From NCBI GenBank assembly GCA_016784965.1, contig JADHTQ010000004.1, positions 17,990 through 81,989 on the forward strand: 64,000 nt of DNA, in the 5' to 3' direction. The stretch comes from Bacteriovoracaceae bacterium. GTDB lineage: Bacteria > Bdellovibrionota > Bacteriovoracia > Bacteriovoracales > Bacteriovoracaceae. Of the stretch, positions 29,926 through 40,432 are shown in pieces (the first letter of the stretch is position 1; every line of letters begins with the position of its first letter). A program made the translations under genes and the position numbers. Below the pieces are notes generated by a model. That model saw only the letters and a program-made list of their open reading frames with translations, ran no database searches and was not told the origin of the DNA.

Positions 29926-31956
29926 AGCTGGTGTGCGCATTAGGGCATCCTGCTGATATTTGGCAATAATTCCAAGGCCCGTGAAAGTACCTTCATTAAA
30001 ATAAGTTAAAAAAGGCACCTTTTGTTTGGTCATGGCCTTCAGTGAACCATTAAAATATACATTCTCAGCTCCAAAAATCCTGGTCAAATCATGTCTGTGA
30101 TCAGAATACTTATTAAAATATCGCAAAAAATCCTTCAGTTTCCAAAGCGGAATCTCTTGCGTTTGATTGAGTTCACTTAGATATGAAACAAATTTTTTAG
30201 TCAATTTTTTATAACAGCGCGTGCTTTTTGATGAGTAGGAGCTAAACCACCCAAAACCACTTTTTTTATAGCGACAGACACTGGCGAGTATATCAAACAT
30301 GTGCGAAATAGATATATTATTAAAATGGGTTATTCCTGGCTCATCAATTCTGGCGGTAACTTCCATCGAAAGTGGGCCTATAATTTTTTTGCGCTTTATA
30401 TGCTTTATTACGTCTGATGGTAGATTAGTAAAGTTTTTGGCAAAATGAACTGCATATCTTCTATACTTTCTGTTAAAAAATCCTTTGGTCTTTTTAGTGC
30501 TAAAGTTGTGGGAAATTTTTATTGATAGATCTGCTTCTGATTCGATATAAATGTCTTTTGTAGCATGTGGTGTAGTTGACTCTTGGAACTCCATGGTAAG
30601 CTTGCGGGCCCTGGTAGATTTATATTTACTAAAAAACGAAAAGGGCAAAAACCTAGCAACCAAAGCATTTAAAATGGTTCCAAATAATCCCCTTACGTAT
30701 TTGATTTCCTCTGAACGGTTGGTAAAAAAAGTTTCTATTATACCATTTTTTTGAAATGTAACCTGCTCAGTATTATATTTTTTTGCGCCTCCAAATAGTA
30801 AAATACCATAGTAAGTGTTTGATTTTTCGGATATTCTTCTCTCTGTAGATACGATATAAGGGGCCAAAATTTCAGTGTTAGAAGGCCTTAATTTTAATAC
30901 TTCACAGACGGCAGAAAAAACAGGTGTTCCAACAATTAAGTTATCTAGATCATCTTCGTAAAAACTAAAATATAGTTTACTGGCCCTTGAATACTCCGAC
31001 TCTCGTTCATAGGAAAGAAGGGTTAACTTTAATAAGTTAAAAAATTCGAACTTTAAGGATAATTCACTAGATCTGGTTTTTACCTCCTCTTTTTCAAAGG
31101 ATAATCTAAGCTTCTCACCTACTTCTTTGATGTCACTGGGACCAAGGGCCAAAATTGAAGCAGATGCGATACGAGTTTTAAGGGCCATTGCCCCTGCCCT
31201 CAAGCGACCAAAACTGGTGATTGGAATGTTGCCATATGCTCCAACACTGGTTGTCAGATAATCCTCTTTTACCAGGTATTCATAGGGCCTAAGTTTGGTA
31301 AAATTTCCACCTCTAAAATTGGTAAAACTAAAAAATAGTTTATTAAAATCCTTTTTCAAACCATCTTCAAAACTACCTGCAAAATGGACATAGCGATACT
31401 CTCTTCGAAAAACAATTCCAGCAAATGCTGCCAATTGCTTTTTACTAATTTCGATCGTACCATCTTCGTTTAAATTGTGCAGATAAGTGTGAGCATCGAT
31501 ATTCAATATAAATTTATCGGTAACAATCCACCTAGTGTCGTCAAAAAGGTCAGGGGCCAGTTGTCGGTCTACCCCAATTACAAAGTTGCCCATAGGTTTT
31601 TGCCAAACAAAGCCAGAGTAGTTTCTTTTACCGAGATTAAATTGCTTGTTCTTTTGCATTATAGAGGTAGCAAGACTGTCTCCTACCTGTTGATAGTTAG
31701 GACGCAAAAAACTAGCAATTTGCTCAAACATACCATTTTCATTATCGTCCTCATCGGGAGCTGAAAATTCAATTGGAGTATGTTCTTTGATAGATGATGA
31801 GTGAAATTTGTTGAGTGCACTAGCAGTTTTGTTATTTTTTACTTGTAACTTAGGTCCCAATTTAAAACTTTGAAACTTATATCCAGATGCAAAAGAGAGG
31901 TTAACTATACAAAAAGCACAAAGAACGTATGCAGCGCGTCGTAGGGTGTCTTCCAT
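29917..31956 (-). CDS. large hypothetical secreted protein
   Basis: 679-aa ORF with AAGGAGGAA RBS and a hydrophobic N-terminus (AAYVLCAFCIVNLSFASG). No recognisable motif. Confidence 0.45.
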   Translation of the reverse strand: MEDTLRRAAYVLCAFCIVNLSFASGYKFQSFKLGPKLQVKNNKTASALNKFHSSSIKEHTPIEFSAPDEDDNENGMFEQIASFLRPNYQQVGDSLATSIMQKNKQFNLGKRNYSGFVWQKPMGNFVIGVDRQLAPDLFDDTRWIVTDKFILNIDAHTYLHNLNEDGTIEISKKQLAAFAGIVFRREYRYVHFAGSFEDGLKKDFNKLFFSFTNFRGGNFTKLRPYEYLVKEDYLTTSVGAYGNIPITSFGRLRAGAMALKTRIASASILALGPSDIKEVGEKLRLSFEKEEVKTRSSELSLKFEFFNLLKLTLLSYERESEYSRASKLYFSFYEDDLDNLIVGTPVFSAVCEVLKLRPSNTEILAPYIVSTERRISEKSNTYYGILLFGGAKKYNTEQVTFQKNGIIETFFTNRSEEIKYVRGLFGTILNALVARFLPFSFFSKYKSTRARKLTMEFQESTTPHATKDIYIESEADLSIKISHNFSTKKTKGFFNRKYRRYAVHFAKNFTNLPSDVIKHIKRKKIIGPLSMEVTARIDEPGITHFNNISISHMFDILASVCRYKKSGFGWFSSYSSKSTRCYKKLTKKFVSYLSELNQTQEIPLWKLKDFLRYFNKYSDHRHDLTRIFGAENVYFNGSLKAMTKQKVPFLTYFNEGTFTGLGIIAKYQQDALMRTPASL

Positions 31957-32125
31957 ACCTTATTCCTCCTTTTAATCGGCCACTAGATCGAGTATACTCT
32001 TTTGTGCCTTTTATAAAGAGTAGCGAGCATAATTATTATAACGCAACGCGCGTCAATGTGTAGCTTTTTCTTCGCTTGTCAAGTCCAACGCATTTTCAGC
32101 ACGTTGTGTAGGAGGTAGTTGTTAA

Positions 32126-32386
32126 ATGCATTATAAAAATGCCAACTTTATGGGCCTATTGGATTCAAGGTATCAATGGCCTGCCAAATATCGTTTTAAG
32201 TTTATTGTTACAAGTGATAACTTAGCACCTTTATCTGACCTATTAGAAGGAGGAAAGCTCACAACCAAACCATCTAAAAATGGAAAATATATAAGTGTTA
32301 CTTATGAGTTGACCATGAACTCCAGTGATGAAGTTGTGGCCATTTATAAAAAGGCCAGTAAAATAGATGGCATTATATCTTTATAA
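32126..32386 (+). CDS. DUF493/YbeD-like small protein
   Basis: 86 aa. YQWPAKYRFKFIV resembles the YbeD F-P-x-x-F-x-F-K-V opening strand. GGAGG RBS. Confidence 0.4.
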   Translation: MHYKNANFMGLLDSRYQWPAKYRFKFIVTSDNLAPLSDLLEGGKLTTKPSKNGKYISVTYELTMNSSDEVVAIYKKASKIDGIISL

Positions 32387-32407
32387 TTATTTTTAGGAGT
32401 TAGTTCT

Positions 32408-33448
32408 ATGATTAAAAAATATAAAACTTGCTTACTTATAGGTGCAGGTGCATTTGGTACTTCTATTGCATCAGTCTTGGCCAATAATTTTCAAAGAGTT
32501 ATTTTAAAAGTAAGATCAGCTGATGTGTATGAAGGGCTAAAAAGTGGTGAGAATAAAATCTATTTACCGGGTAAAAAGTTGCCATCAAATATCACTCCCG
32601 CTCTTACATGGGAAGAGGTCGACCAACTGGCAACATCTGAGGTCCAGCTCATAGTTTCTGGTCTTCCCACAACTGCCATCTCAGGATATTTAGCAGATCA
32701 CTATGATCATGTGGCAAAATATTTTAATACTACAACTCCAGTAGTTTCTCTATCTAAAGGAATTGATCCGGTAACTCTAGAGCTTTCTGATGATCTCTTT
32801 TTTAACTTCTTTCCCGAGGCAGTCGACCAGTTTGTATTTTTATCGGGACCGTCTTTTGCAAAAGAAATTCTAGACCAACAAATTACTTTGGCCTCCATAG
32901 CTGGCAGATCAAAGAAAATGCTAGAGTTAGTATACGACATGTTTGGTACATCATATTTTAAGCTCTTTCCCAGTTATGATGTAAAAGGTGTACTGCTTGG
33001 TGGAGCTCTAAAAAACATTTTAGCAATTGCAGGGGGCATAATTAGAGGTCTAGGGTTTACCAACAATACCAATGCAGCAATGATTACCAGAGGCATAGGT
33101 GAAATGTTACGTTATGGGAAAATTTTTAATGCCAGACCTGAGACCTTTTATGGACTTAGTGGAATGGGTGATCTAATTTTGACCACAACAGGAGATTTAA
33201 GTCGCAATCGACAATTTGGTCTAGAGATTGCCAAAGGTAGATCTGCTCAAGAGATTATTGACTCACAAAGAACGGTAGTCGAAGGATATAAAACAACAAA
33301 AGCGGTTCACCGCCTCTCTGAAAAATATGATATTAGGGCCAGGATATTTAATGGTGTTTACTCTGTATTATACGAAGATAGACGTCCCAAAGAGGTTTTG
33401 CAAGAGCTTATGACCGTTCCATCAAGTTTTGAAATTGATTTAATGTAG
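32408..33448 (+). CDS. gpsA: NAD(P)H-dependent glycerol-3-phosphate dehydrogenase
   Basis: GAGAFGTSIASVLA Rossmann motif, LSGPSFAKE, GALKN and LSRNRQFG motifs, 346 aa. Confidence 0.9.
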   Translation: MIKKYKTCLLIGAGAFGTSIASVLANNFQRVILKVRSADVYEGLKSGENKIYLPGKKLPSNITPALTWEEVDQLATSEVQLIVSGLPTTAISGYLADHYDHVAKYFNTTTPVVSLSKGIDPVTLELSDDLFFNFFPEAVDQFVFLSGPSFAKEILDQQITLASIAGRSKKMLELVYDMFGTSYFKLFPSYDVKGVLLGGALKNILAIAGGIIRGLGFTNNTNAAMITRGIGEMLRYGKIFNARPETFYGLSGMGDLILTTTGDLSRNRQFGLEIAKGRSAQEIIDSQRTVVEGYKTTKAVHRLSEKYDIRARIFNGVYSVLYEDRRPKEVLQELMTVPSSFEIDLM

Positions 33449-33451
33449 CAC

Positions 33452-34780
33452 TTAGAGTGATTTAGAGATATTTTCTAACTCTTTTTTGATTAGGTTCTCT
33501 GCCAAATCGGGGATAACATCCCAAGCTACTTGCTCTACAGTTTTTTCACAAAATTGTTTAACCATTGCTTCTATGGCAGGAGATAGCGATTCTTTCAATG
33601 CATTCACCAATGCTTCTTTATCAATTGGTTCTTGTGCTGATTGTGTCTCATTAATTTCTGGCCCATTTTGCTTCTTGGGTGTCAGCTGAATTGGTCGAGC
33701 ATCTGTTTGACTTTCAGGTGCATTTGTATCGTCATCTCGATCAACTGCCCAAAACTCATCCGGTGACATATCCTTTTGAATTTCTTCTTCTAAATCAAAG
33801 CCATCTGATGAATCAAAGTTGTTTTCCTCGTTGAGTCCTAGAAAGTCAATTTCTTCTTCAGTCATACTCAATTTATCTGAAAGATCTAGTGGCCGAACCA
33901 CTTCTTCTTGATCACTTGGTTGTTTGTCTGCCTCAATATCTTCGAGCTCATCTGGTGTAATGGACTCCTGAGGTTGTATCGGTTCCTCAGGCTCAATAAT
34001 TGGTTCCTCAGGCTGAATCATGGGCTCATCTTGCTCCTTAACTGCTTCAAAACTTATAGAATCTATGAGGTTCTCAATGCCCTGGGAAATGACTGGCGGA
34101 ATTTCTAACATTTTTGCTTCATCTTCTACTTGTTCTACGCCATCAATCACTTCTGGGATCTTGATACCCCACTGCTCTATTTCTTCAGATAACATATTAG
34201 TATCAGTCTCATTTTCTAAAGGAGTCTCTTCTACTTCTAGGGGATTGTCATCTTCAACATCCATAGAAGGAGTATCAACTTCTGAGCTATCTTCAACAAT
34301 AGGTGCGTTTAGGGTCCATTCTTGATCTTTATCCTCTGGTGTCTCATCTTCAATTGCTTCAAGTTCAACTTCTCCACCAATATCTTGTTCAACAGGCCCG
34401 GAATCAATAGTAATTCCCTCACCTAACAATTTTTCACAAGTACTAATAAACTGACGGCCTTCAAAGGGTTTTACTATAGTATCGTCAACACCAACTTCTC
34501 GCAAAATATTTTCGTCAACTGTATCAAATGTTCCAAGTAGTGCCATAACTTTGCATTTTGGATTAAGGTCTTTGATACCTTTTGTAAGTTCATGGCCAGA
34601 CTTATTTTCAGACAAGGTAAAGTCTAGTAGTACTAAATCAAAGTTTGCATCCTTTAACTTGTCAAATAGGGCTTCCTCACTTGTACACTCTGTAATTTCG
34701 TATGGAGAATTTGCCAAGGTAATGCGGACAACTTTTTGGATAGTTGGACTATCATCTGCCACTAATATTTTTGATACCAT
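33452..34780 (-). CDS. response regulator: receiver domain + long acidic/Pro-rich linker + conserved C-terminal helix (RomR-like architecture)
   Basis: ILVADDSPTIQKV...DLVLLDFTL...KPF receiver motifs. The ~250-aa linker is rich in E/D/P with IQPEEPIIEPEEPIQPQE repeats. C-terminal VEQVAWDVIPDLAENLIKKELENI. GGAGG RBS. Confidence 0.7.
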   Translation of the reverse strand: MVSKILVADDSPTIQKVVRITLANSPYEITECTSEEALFDKLKDANFDLVLLDFTLSENKSGHELTKGIKDLNPKCKVMALLGTFDTVDENILREVGVDDTIVKPFEGRQFISTCEKLLGEGITIDSGPVEQDIGGEVELEAIEDETPEDKDQEWTLNAPIVEDSSEVDTPSMDVEDDNPLEVEETPLENETDTNMLSEEIEQWGIKIPEVIDGVEQVEDEAKMLEIPPVISQGIENLIDSISFEAVKEQDEPMIQPEEPIIEPEEPIQPQESITPDELEDIEADKQPSDQEEVVRPLDLSDKLSMTEEEIDFLGLNEENNFDSSDGFDLEEEIQKDMSPDEFWAVDRDDDTNAPESQTDARPIQLTPKKQNGPEINETQSAQEPIDKEALVNALKESLSPAIEAMVKQFCEKTVEQVAWDVIPDLAENLIKKELENISKSL

Positions 34781-34834
34781 TTTGTACCTCCATACATATT
34801 TTCTATCAATTTCAACTAGTTTTCAACTATAACT

Positions 34835-35578
34835 TTAATACTGCAACAGAACTGTCGTTTGATTGTCCATATTGCCTCTTGAATTAGAAATCTTAAACAA
34901 TTCTTCAATTTTGCTCTCTAAGTTGCTATGTGCAGCTTCTAAAATATACCTAACCTCCTTATCACTTATTCTGCCATAAACCCCATCTGTCATCATAATG
35001 ATTAAATCACCTGGCAAGATCCTATATTCTTTAATCATAAGCCCCAGTTGATCAAACATTCCAAACCCATTAAGTGGAGTCGTATAGAGGTGTCTGGAGT
35101 TAAAATAGTCTTGTGCAAGAGTACCTATACTTTCAGGATTTATAATTGTCTCCAGTGCTCCTTTTCGCAGAAGCAAGGTTTTGCAGTTACCAACATAAGC
35201 AAATGTTGCTACATTTTCGGCCATGGCTAAACAAATGGCCGATGCCCCTCCTTTACCAGACATTTCCTGCTTTGAATTTTCATTTTTAATTAATTCATGT
35301 GAGTGATGCATGGAATTTATTAGAGCATTTCCTTCTACTAAATATTTTGGACTATAAAAAAAAGGAAAGGTAGAATCTGGGTCGCCCCCGATTTTGGTAT
35401 ACATTGCTTTAATGTTTTCTTTTAACAGTTTGACACATTTATCTCCAACTCCAGTACCACCAAAACCATCGTAAATAGCATATAGTTTGTTCAACAAATC
35501 AATATCATAATCGTCTTCATTTACCTGAAGATATGGTCCCTGGGAAGTCTTTGCACAGTAGCTTTTAAGTGTCATCAT
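34835..35578 (-). CDS. PP2C-family Ser/Thr protein phosphatase
   Basis: YAIYDGFGGTGVG, IIMMTDGVY and NMDNQTTVLLQY match the PPM motifs. 247 aa. Confidence 0.8.
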   Translation of the reverse strand: MMTLKSYCAKTSQGPYLQVNEDDYDIDLLNKLYAIYDGFGGTGVGDKCVKLLKENIKAMYTKIGGDPDSTFPFFYSPKYLVEGNALINSMHHSHELIKNENSKQEMSGKGGASAICLAMAENVATFAYVGNCKTLLLRKGALETIINPESIGTLAQDYFNSRHLYTTPLNGFGMFDQLGLMIKEYRILPGDLIIMMTDGVYGRISDKEVRYILEAAHSNLESKIEELFKISNSRGNMDNQTTVLLQY

Positions 35579-35581
35579 AAT

Positions 35582-37825
35582 TTAGTCCAAATAGTCTTTT
35601 AGTTTTTCATCTGCCTTGCGATAATATTCGCCATCAGATGGTGAAATTTGCTTCACTTCCTGTAGTTTTTCTTTTGCATCTTCAAATAAACTTAATGACT
35701 CTGAGATAATTGCTTCCCGATAAACTTTCTTGGCCCTATTTTTGAGAGTTCTTTTAATCTCCCCCATAGATGCCAGTGATTCACTATTGGATGGGTCATG
35801 ATTTAAAATTTCTAAATAATTTTCATAAGCTCCTTTTAAATCTCTTCCCTCTCTTAATGATCTGGCTTTGCCAAGCATGGGTGCCACTACTGCTTCAAGC
35901 TCCTTTTTTGAGTCTTTTAACATTTCAATACCCTGCTTGGTCAAGTCTTCATCCATCTCTTTTATTTGCAAAAATTCATCTAATTTAATTATGGCATTAT
36001 ACCATTCTTTGCGCAGAAAGTACTTTCTGCTAGGGATTAGCATCGCCTCTTTTCGTTTTCTTTCTGCTTCTTTTGCGGCTTTTTCTCTGGCTATTTTCTC
36101 CTGCTCTTTTTGCCAAGCTTGCAATTCATTTCTAAGCAGTGGAACTTCAAAATTTTCTGGATCCATTTCTAAAATTTTGGAAAATAGCCCCTCAGCTAGT
36201 GCCATATTTCTCTCTTTTGCCGCTTTTGTCGCCCTCTCCACCAATGTTTTAATTTTATCAGCTCTTTGTTTGCGCTCTAGCTCCTCTTGTTTTTTCCTTT
36301 CAATCTCTTCTAATCTAGCTACCCCATGCTTTGCTAGCTCATACATATCTTTTGAGTGTTTATACTCCTTATCAACTGGAAACATTAGTTCAAATTCATA
36401 TATAGCATTATTGTATTTTCCACTTTCAAAATGAGATTTTGCGACTTGATAGTGGGATTCTAAAAACTCTATCTGTTCGGGAGTTAACTTCTTTTTCAAC
36501 TTGGCCATTTTTGTGCTGTTTGGATCGATATTATTAAGCAATCGAGACTTCTTCGGTTTGCCCTTTTTACCCGTTTGCTTCTTACCTCCCTCATCATCAC
36601 CCATTACCAGCCATAATACTGCAAGGCCCACAAGACCATATATTAATTTTTTTCTCTTGACCGGATCTTTTAAAATTGAAGTTTTTTCTCCTGGCTTGAC
36701 TTCAGCTCCGGTTGATCCATCTTCTCCTTCCATCCCCTCTTCAAAGGCACCACTTACTTCTACAACTTCTTCTACCTCAACAATTTGGTTTTCCTCCACC
36801 GGCATTAAGCGTTCTTCTTCTGAACTAATCAGATCAGAAGTAATCCGAACGGTGAAAGTAGTGCTACCAATTATAAATTCGTCTTCATTAATTATCTCAG
36901 AACTATTAACCCTAACTCCGTTTAACAACGTTCCATTGGCAGATTGCAAATCTGTAATGCTTACCGCACCTTTTGCTTTTTTTATTACAGCATGGGTGCT
37001 AGAGACTTCTGGATCATTGAGGATTATCTGGCACTTATCTGCATCTCTACCAATTACCACATCTTGATCTTCAATGGTAAAACTGTCATATGGAGCATAC
37101 TCGCCAAATAATTCTAATGTATATCTAGAAAAAAACTGTACTATTTGAGTGCCACCATCGCTATCATCAAATGTATCTACTGGATATTCATCGGAAGTAT
37201 CTTCACCAGAATCATCCATTTGAAATTCGCTTGCAGATCCTTCTTGGTCGCTACTAAATTCATCGCCGCCTACTTGAGAATCATCATCACTGCTTGATTC
37301 ACTATCAAATGATTGGTCTTGTTCATCACTATCAGCGTCACTCTCATTATCACCACCGATGTCGCTCTCACCCTCGGCATCGCTGCCCGGCTCACCTTCT
37401 ACTTCACTTTCACTGTCATCTTGTAAACTCTCATCCCCCTCGCCAGCTTGTTCTTCTTTGGTAGTAGTAGTCTGTGTTTCCTCACTTTCATTAGTTTTTT
37501 TTTGAGCAAAGACTTGCTCAAGCATTACATAAATCGTGTACGGACCAACACTGATAATATCTCCTGCTGCAAGCTCCTTACTTGTGATAGTGTTGCCGTT
37601 GACAAGAAGCGTGGCAAAAGTTGCAATTTTTTCAATTTTCCATTGACTATTGTAAAAAGATATTTCCGCATGTTCGCGAGAAATTTGTTTGTCATCTAAA
37701 ATTACATGGCACTCTGGCGACCGACCAATATAGAACGAAACCTTATAGTCTTTGATATTTTTAACTTCATCAGTTAAATCTAGGTCTGTTTGTTTGTTGC
37801 CATTTTTATAAATACTAAGTCTCAT
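35582..37825 (-). CDS. double-FHA domain, single-pass membrane protein with TPR-like C-terminal region
   Basis: FHA1: FYIGRSPECHVILDDKQISREHAEI...NGN. An acidic Ser/Asp/Glu linker follows. FHA2: VVIGRDADKCQIILNDPEVSSTHAVI...SANGTLLNG. TM helix LIYGLVGLAVLWLVMG, then helical-repeat/coiled-coil sequence. Confidence 0.8.
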   Translation of the reverse strand: MRLSIYKNGNKQTDLDLTDEVKNIKDYKVSFYIGRSPECHVILDDKQISREHAEISFYNSQWKIEKIATFATLLVNGNTITSKELAAGDIISVGPYTIYVMLEQVFAQKKTNESEETQTTTTKEEQAGEGDESLQDDSESEVEGEPGSDAEGESDIGGDNESDADSDEQDQSFDSESSSDDDSQVGGDEFSSDQEGSASEFQMDDSGEDTSDEYPVDTFDDSDGGTQIVQFFSRYTLELFGEYAPYDSFTIEDQDVVIGRDADKCQIILNDPEVSSTHAVIKKAKGAVSITDLQSANGTLLNGVRVNSSEIINEDEFIIGSTTFTVRITSDLISSEEERLMPVEENQIVEVEEVVEVSGAFEEGMEGEDGSTGAEVKPGEKTSILKDPVKRKKLIYGLVGLAVLWLVMGDDEGGKKQTGKKGKPKKSRLLNNIDPNSTKMAKLKKKLTPEQIEFLESHYQVAKSHFESGKYNNAIYEFELMFPVDKEYKHSKDMYELAKHGVARLEEIERKKQEELERKQRADKIKTLVERATKAAKERNMALAEGLFSKILEMDPENFEVPLLRNELQAWQKEQEKIAREKAAKEAERKRKEAMLIPSRKYFLRKEWYNAIIKLDEFLQIKEMDEDLTKQGIEMLKDSKKELEAVVAPMLGKARSLREGRDLKGAYENYLEILNHDPSNSESLASMGEIKRTLKNRAKKVYREAIISESLSLFEDAKEKLQEVKQISPSDGEYYRKADEKLKDYLD

Positions 37826-38859
37826 TACTTACTATCCCGACTTTTATCACCAAAACATTCTGTCGTTCCGACCTCAACACCCATTTTTTCTTCTACTGTA
37901 GTAATATTTTTAAGTGCTGCTTGATAGTCTTCGTGTTCTGGATATTTTTCCAATAGTCGAATTACAGAACAATAAGAAATAAATGCCGATTCATATTTCA
38001 AAGCTTCTGTTTCCTGCCTGGCCCTTTGAAAATGTACATCTATTTCAGCATCTAAATTTTGTTGGGCCTTATTTAAATAATAACTAGCACGACCATTTTT
38101 GGGGCTTAAAATAAGCGCTAAGTTAAATTCTGCTATGGCCCTAAAGAAATTACCTTCGCGCAACTCTCTTTGCCCGCGATGAAGTATCACATCTAATTTG
38201 CCTTTAATTTCATTGTCCTCTTCACGCATTTTTTTTTGCACAAGCTCAGTAAAGCTGTCTGTTGCGTCCTGCAAACCCGTCATGTTTTTTTTACTATAAA
38301 CTCTTTTCTTTTTTGGTTTTTCATCTCCCATAAACATATAAAGCAATACTCCCACACAACCAAACAGTACCAACCTAACACGGGTTTTTTGTTTTTGTTT
38401 CTCAGCTAATTCGTGCTCACTAAGGTTTGTCTCTTTTGTGTCCTCTTCCTCCTCGTCATCATCTTCATCTGTATTTTTTGCCTCTACTAGTGCCTTTTTT
38501 TGGGGATCATCTACATTAACTATATTGTACTTAAAAACTGTTTTGCCAATTATAATCGTATCTGCGTCTTTTAAACTTTGTTGTCCAATTTTTAAATCAT
38601 TAACTATCAAACCATTTTGTGAACCTAGGTCTGTGACCACATAAGTATTTTTAAATCTTTGTAGTTCTGCATGCTCTCTGGATGATTTATTATCTATGAC
38701 CATAATATCAGCTTTATCACCTCTGCCCATAACAACTCTGTTACCCTCAAGAAAGTATGACACTCCTTTGTTTTTTCCCGTCATGCATAGCAGGCGGTGA
38801 TGAATACCTGGCGCTGTCGGTAACTTGAAATTGCTAAGCTGTGTTACATTTTTGGACAT
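37825..38859 (-). CDS. FHA domain, single-pass membrane protein with TPR-like C-terminal region
   Basis: VVMGRGDKADIMVIDNKSSREHAEL...SQNGLIVN FHA motifs, DEDDDEEEED linker, TM helix VRLVLFGCVGVLLYMFMG and TPR-like repeats. 1-nt TAATG overlap with the downstream FHA gene. Confidence 0.8.
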   Translation of the reverse strand: MSKNVTQLSNFKLPTAPGIHHRLLCMTGKNKGVSYFLEGNRVVMGRGDKADIMVIDNKSSREHAELQRFKNTYVVTDLGSQNGLIVNDLKIGQQSLKDADTIIIGKTVFKYNIVNVDDPQKKALVEAKNTDEDDDEEEEDTKETNLSEHELAEKQKQKTRVRLVLFGCVGVLLYMFMGDEKPKKKRVYSKKNMTGLQDATDSFTELVQKKMREEDNEIKGKLDVILHRGQRELREGNFFRAIAEFNLALILSPKNGRASYYLNKAQQNLDAEIDVHFQRARQETEALKYESAFISYCSVIRLLEKYPEHEDYQAALKNITTVEEKMGVEVGTTECFGDKSRDSK

Positions 38860-38866
38860 TTACTTT

Positions 38867-40432
38867 TTAACTCTCCTGGATAAAGGTTATATAAAATGCC
38901 TTGGCAAAATTATCCTTTCCCATAATTGAGGTTACATATAAATTAAAATTCCTACCTGTAAGCTCATAACTACCATCTTGGCTAGTACCTCCATTGTTTG
39001 CAGAATTATCACATAGCTCAATTAAAGTTGCAGCAAATCCTCTCTCTTTGGCCACATCTAGAATGTTTTGTCCTTGAGAGACTGACATTCTAATACCGGT
39101 AATGTCTTCAGCATCTACATTTAACCGTTGTACATTTTTGGAAGAATCCAAAATCATAACCGGGACACCTGCTCCATTCATAAATTCTGCCAAAGATGTT
39201 ACATAAGGGGCATCATCTTCGGCTTCACCAAATTCTTCCTCTGTTCCATCACTTTGCAATTCTCTAATTCGCTGCAAAGTAGTATTTACTGCATTTTTTA
39301 AACTATCCAGCTCACCCATTAAATATTTGCCTTCAATCCCTTTTCTTTTGCCCCTTAGGGCCTCTTCCATTTGTAATGTCAGCTCTTCGATCGGTCTTAA
39401 AGTTAAAAAATAAATTACACCAAAAAATAACACTGCCACCAAAGCAGAAGTGGTGAGCGATTCTAAGTATGCCTTCGAATTTTTTGCGGCCTCTATCGCC
39501 AAAGATTTTGGACGAAATCTAATGGCAATTATTCCAACGGGCTCCATCGCCCCAGATTTAGCGTTATAGGCCATAATCCTTCCGGCAATACCGATTTGTC
39601 CACCTGGGAGCATTTTCTTTATAATACTGGTTCCTTCCCCCTTTACATTAACTGCCCACTCTCTGGCTTGAATGGAGAATGTATCTGAAATGAAATCATT
39701 GAGCTGTCCAATTGGCCTAACAATTCTACCTTCCAAATCAAACAGTTCGTAAGAAGCGACTCCCTGTTCTTTTTCCAAAAAGTTGGTGTTAACATTATCA
39801 AGATTATTTTGCTCAAGGGCGACAGCATTCATCCTGGCTATCTCATCAGCAAAGTGCTCCCCTCTTTTTGCAGTTTCCCATAGCAGAAGCTTCTTGCTAT
39901 CTTGTAAAACTGGAAAAATTGTAAGAGTAATTGTCACAAAGACAAATAAAGTAAGAATTAGCGCTATTAATATTTTCCACTCATATTCCTCATTGATTCC
40001 ATAAAGCAAAAGCATCAGCTTATACTTGAATTTATGCTTAATTTTTGCAATTAAACCAACAGGTACTTCATTACTACCATCAAGTGCTAACTGGGCACCA
40101 TCTTCATCGCTTTCTACTTCTTTGTGGATAATGATCTTTTTTTCCTTAACCAAAACTACTTGAATAATCAAGTTAGGTAGAGCAATTTTATCACCGCTTT
40201 TAACCGTCGCTCTTTTGATCATTTTTCCGTTCAAAAAAGTACCATTGGCACTTCCTTGATCTTCAACATACATTGCATCTTCTGTCACTGTAACACTAAG
40301 ATGTTTTTTAGAAACTCCAGGAACATCTATGCTTATATCTGCATCGGGGTCTCTTCCTAAAATATTTTCTCCCTCAGCAAGCTCAAACTCTTGCCCCCTT
40401 AATTTCCCAGCAACAATTACTAATTTATACAT
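38867..40432 (-). CDS. FHA domain, two-TM sensor-like protein with HAMP-like and PAS-like C-terminal regions
   Basis: NILGRDPDADISIDVPGVSKKHLSV...SANGTFLNG FHA motifs. Two TM helices flank a ~150-aa loop. An amphipathic HAMP-like linker precedes a C-terminal ~110-aa alpha/beta module. Confidence 0.7.
   Translation of the reverse strand: MYKLVIVAGKLRGQEFELAEGENILGRDPDADISIDVPGVSKKHLSVTVTEDAMYVEDQGSANGTFLNGKMIKRATVKSGDKIALPNLIIQVVLVKEKKIIIHKEVESDEDGAQLALDGSNEVPVGLIAKIKHKFKYKLMLLLYGINEEYEWKILIALILTLFVFVTITLTIFPVLQDSKKLLLWETAKRGEHFADEIARMNAVALEQNNLDNVNTNFLEKEQGVASYELFDLEGRIVRPIGQLNDFISDTFSIQAREWAVNVKGEGTSIIKKMLPGGQIGIAGRIMAYNAKSGAMEPVGIIAIRFRPKSLAIEAAKNSKAYLESLTTSALVAVLFFGVIYFLTLRPIEELTLQMEEALRGKRKGIEGKYLMGELDSLKNAVNTTLQRIRELQSDGTEEEFGEAEDDAPYVTSLAEFMNGAGVPVMILDSSKNVQRLNVDAEDITGIRMSVSQGQNILDVAKERGFAATLIELCDNSANNGGTSQDGSYELTGRNFNLYVTSIMGKDNFAKAFYITFIQES

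Noticed and set aside
35868-37067. Two 188-aa plus-strand ORFs rich in Ser/Phe/Leu
   Set aside because: They are antisense shadows of the K/E-rich FHA-TPR gene at 35582..37825. Their composition is low-complexity and they have no RBS. The same reasoning applies to 38438..38644 and 39783..40004.
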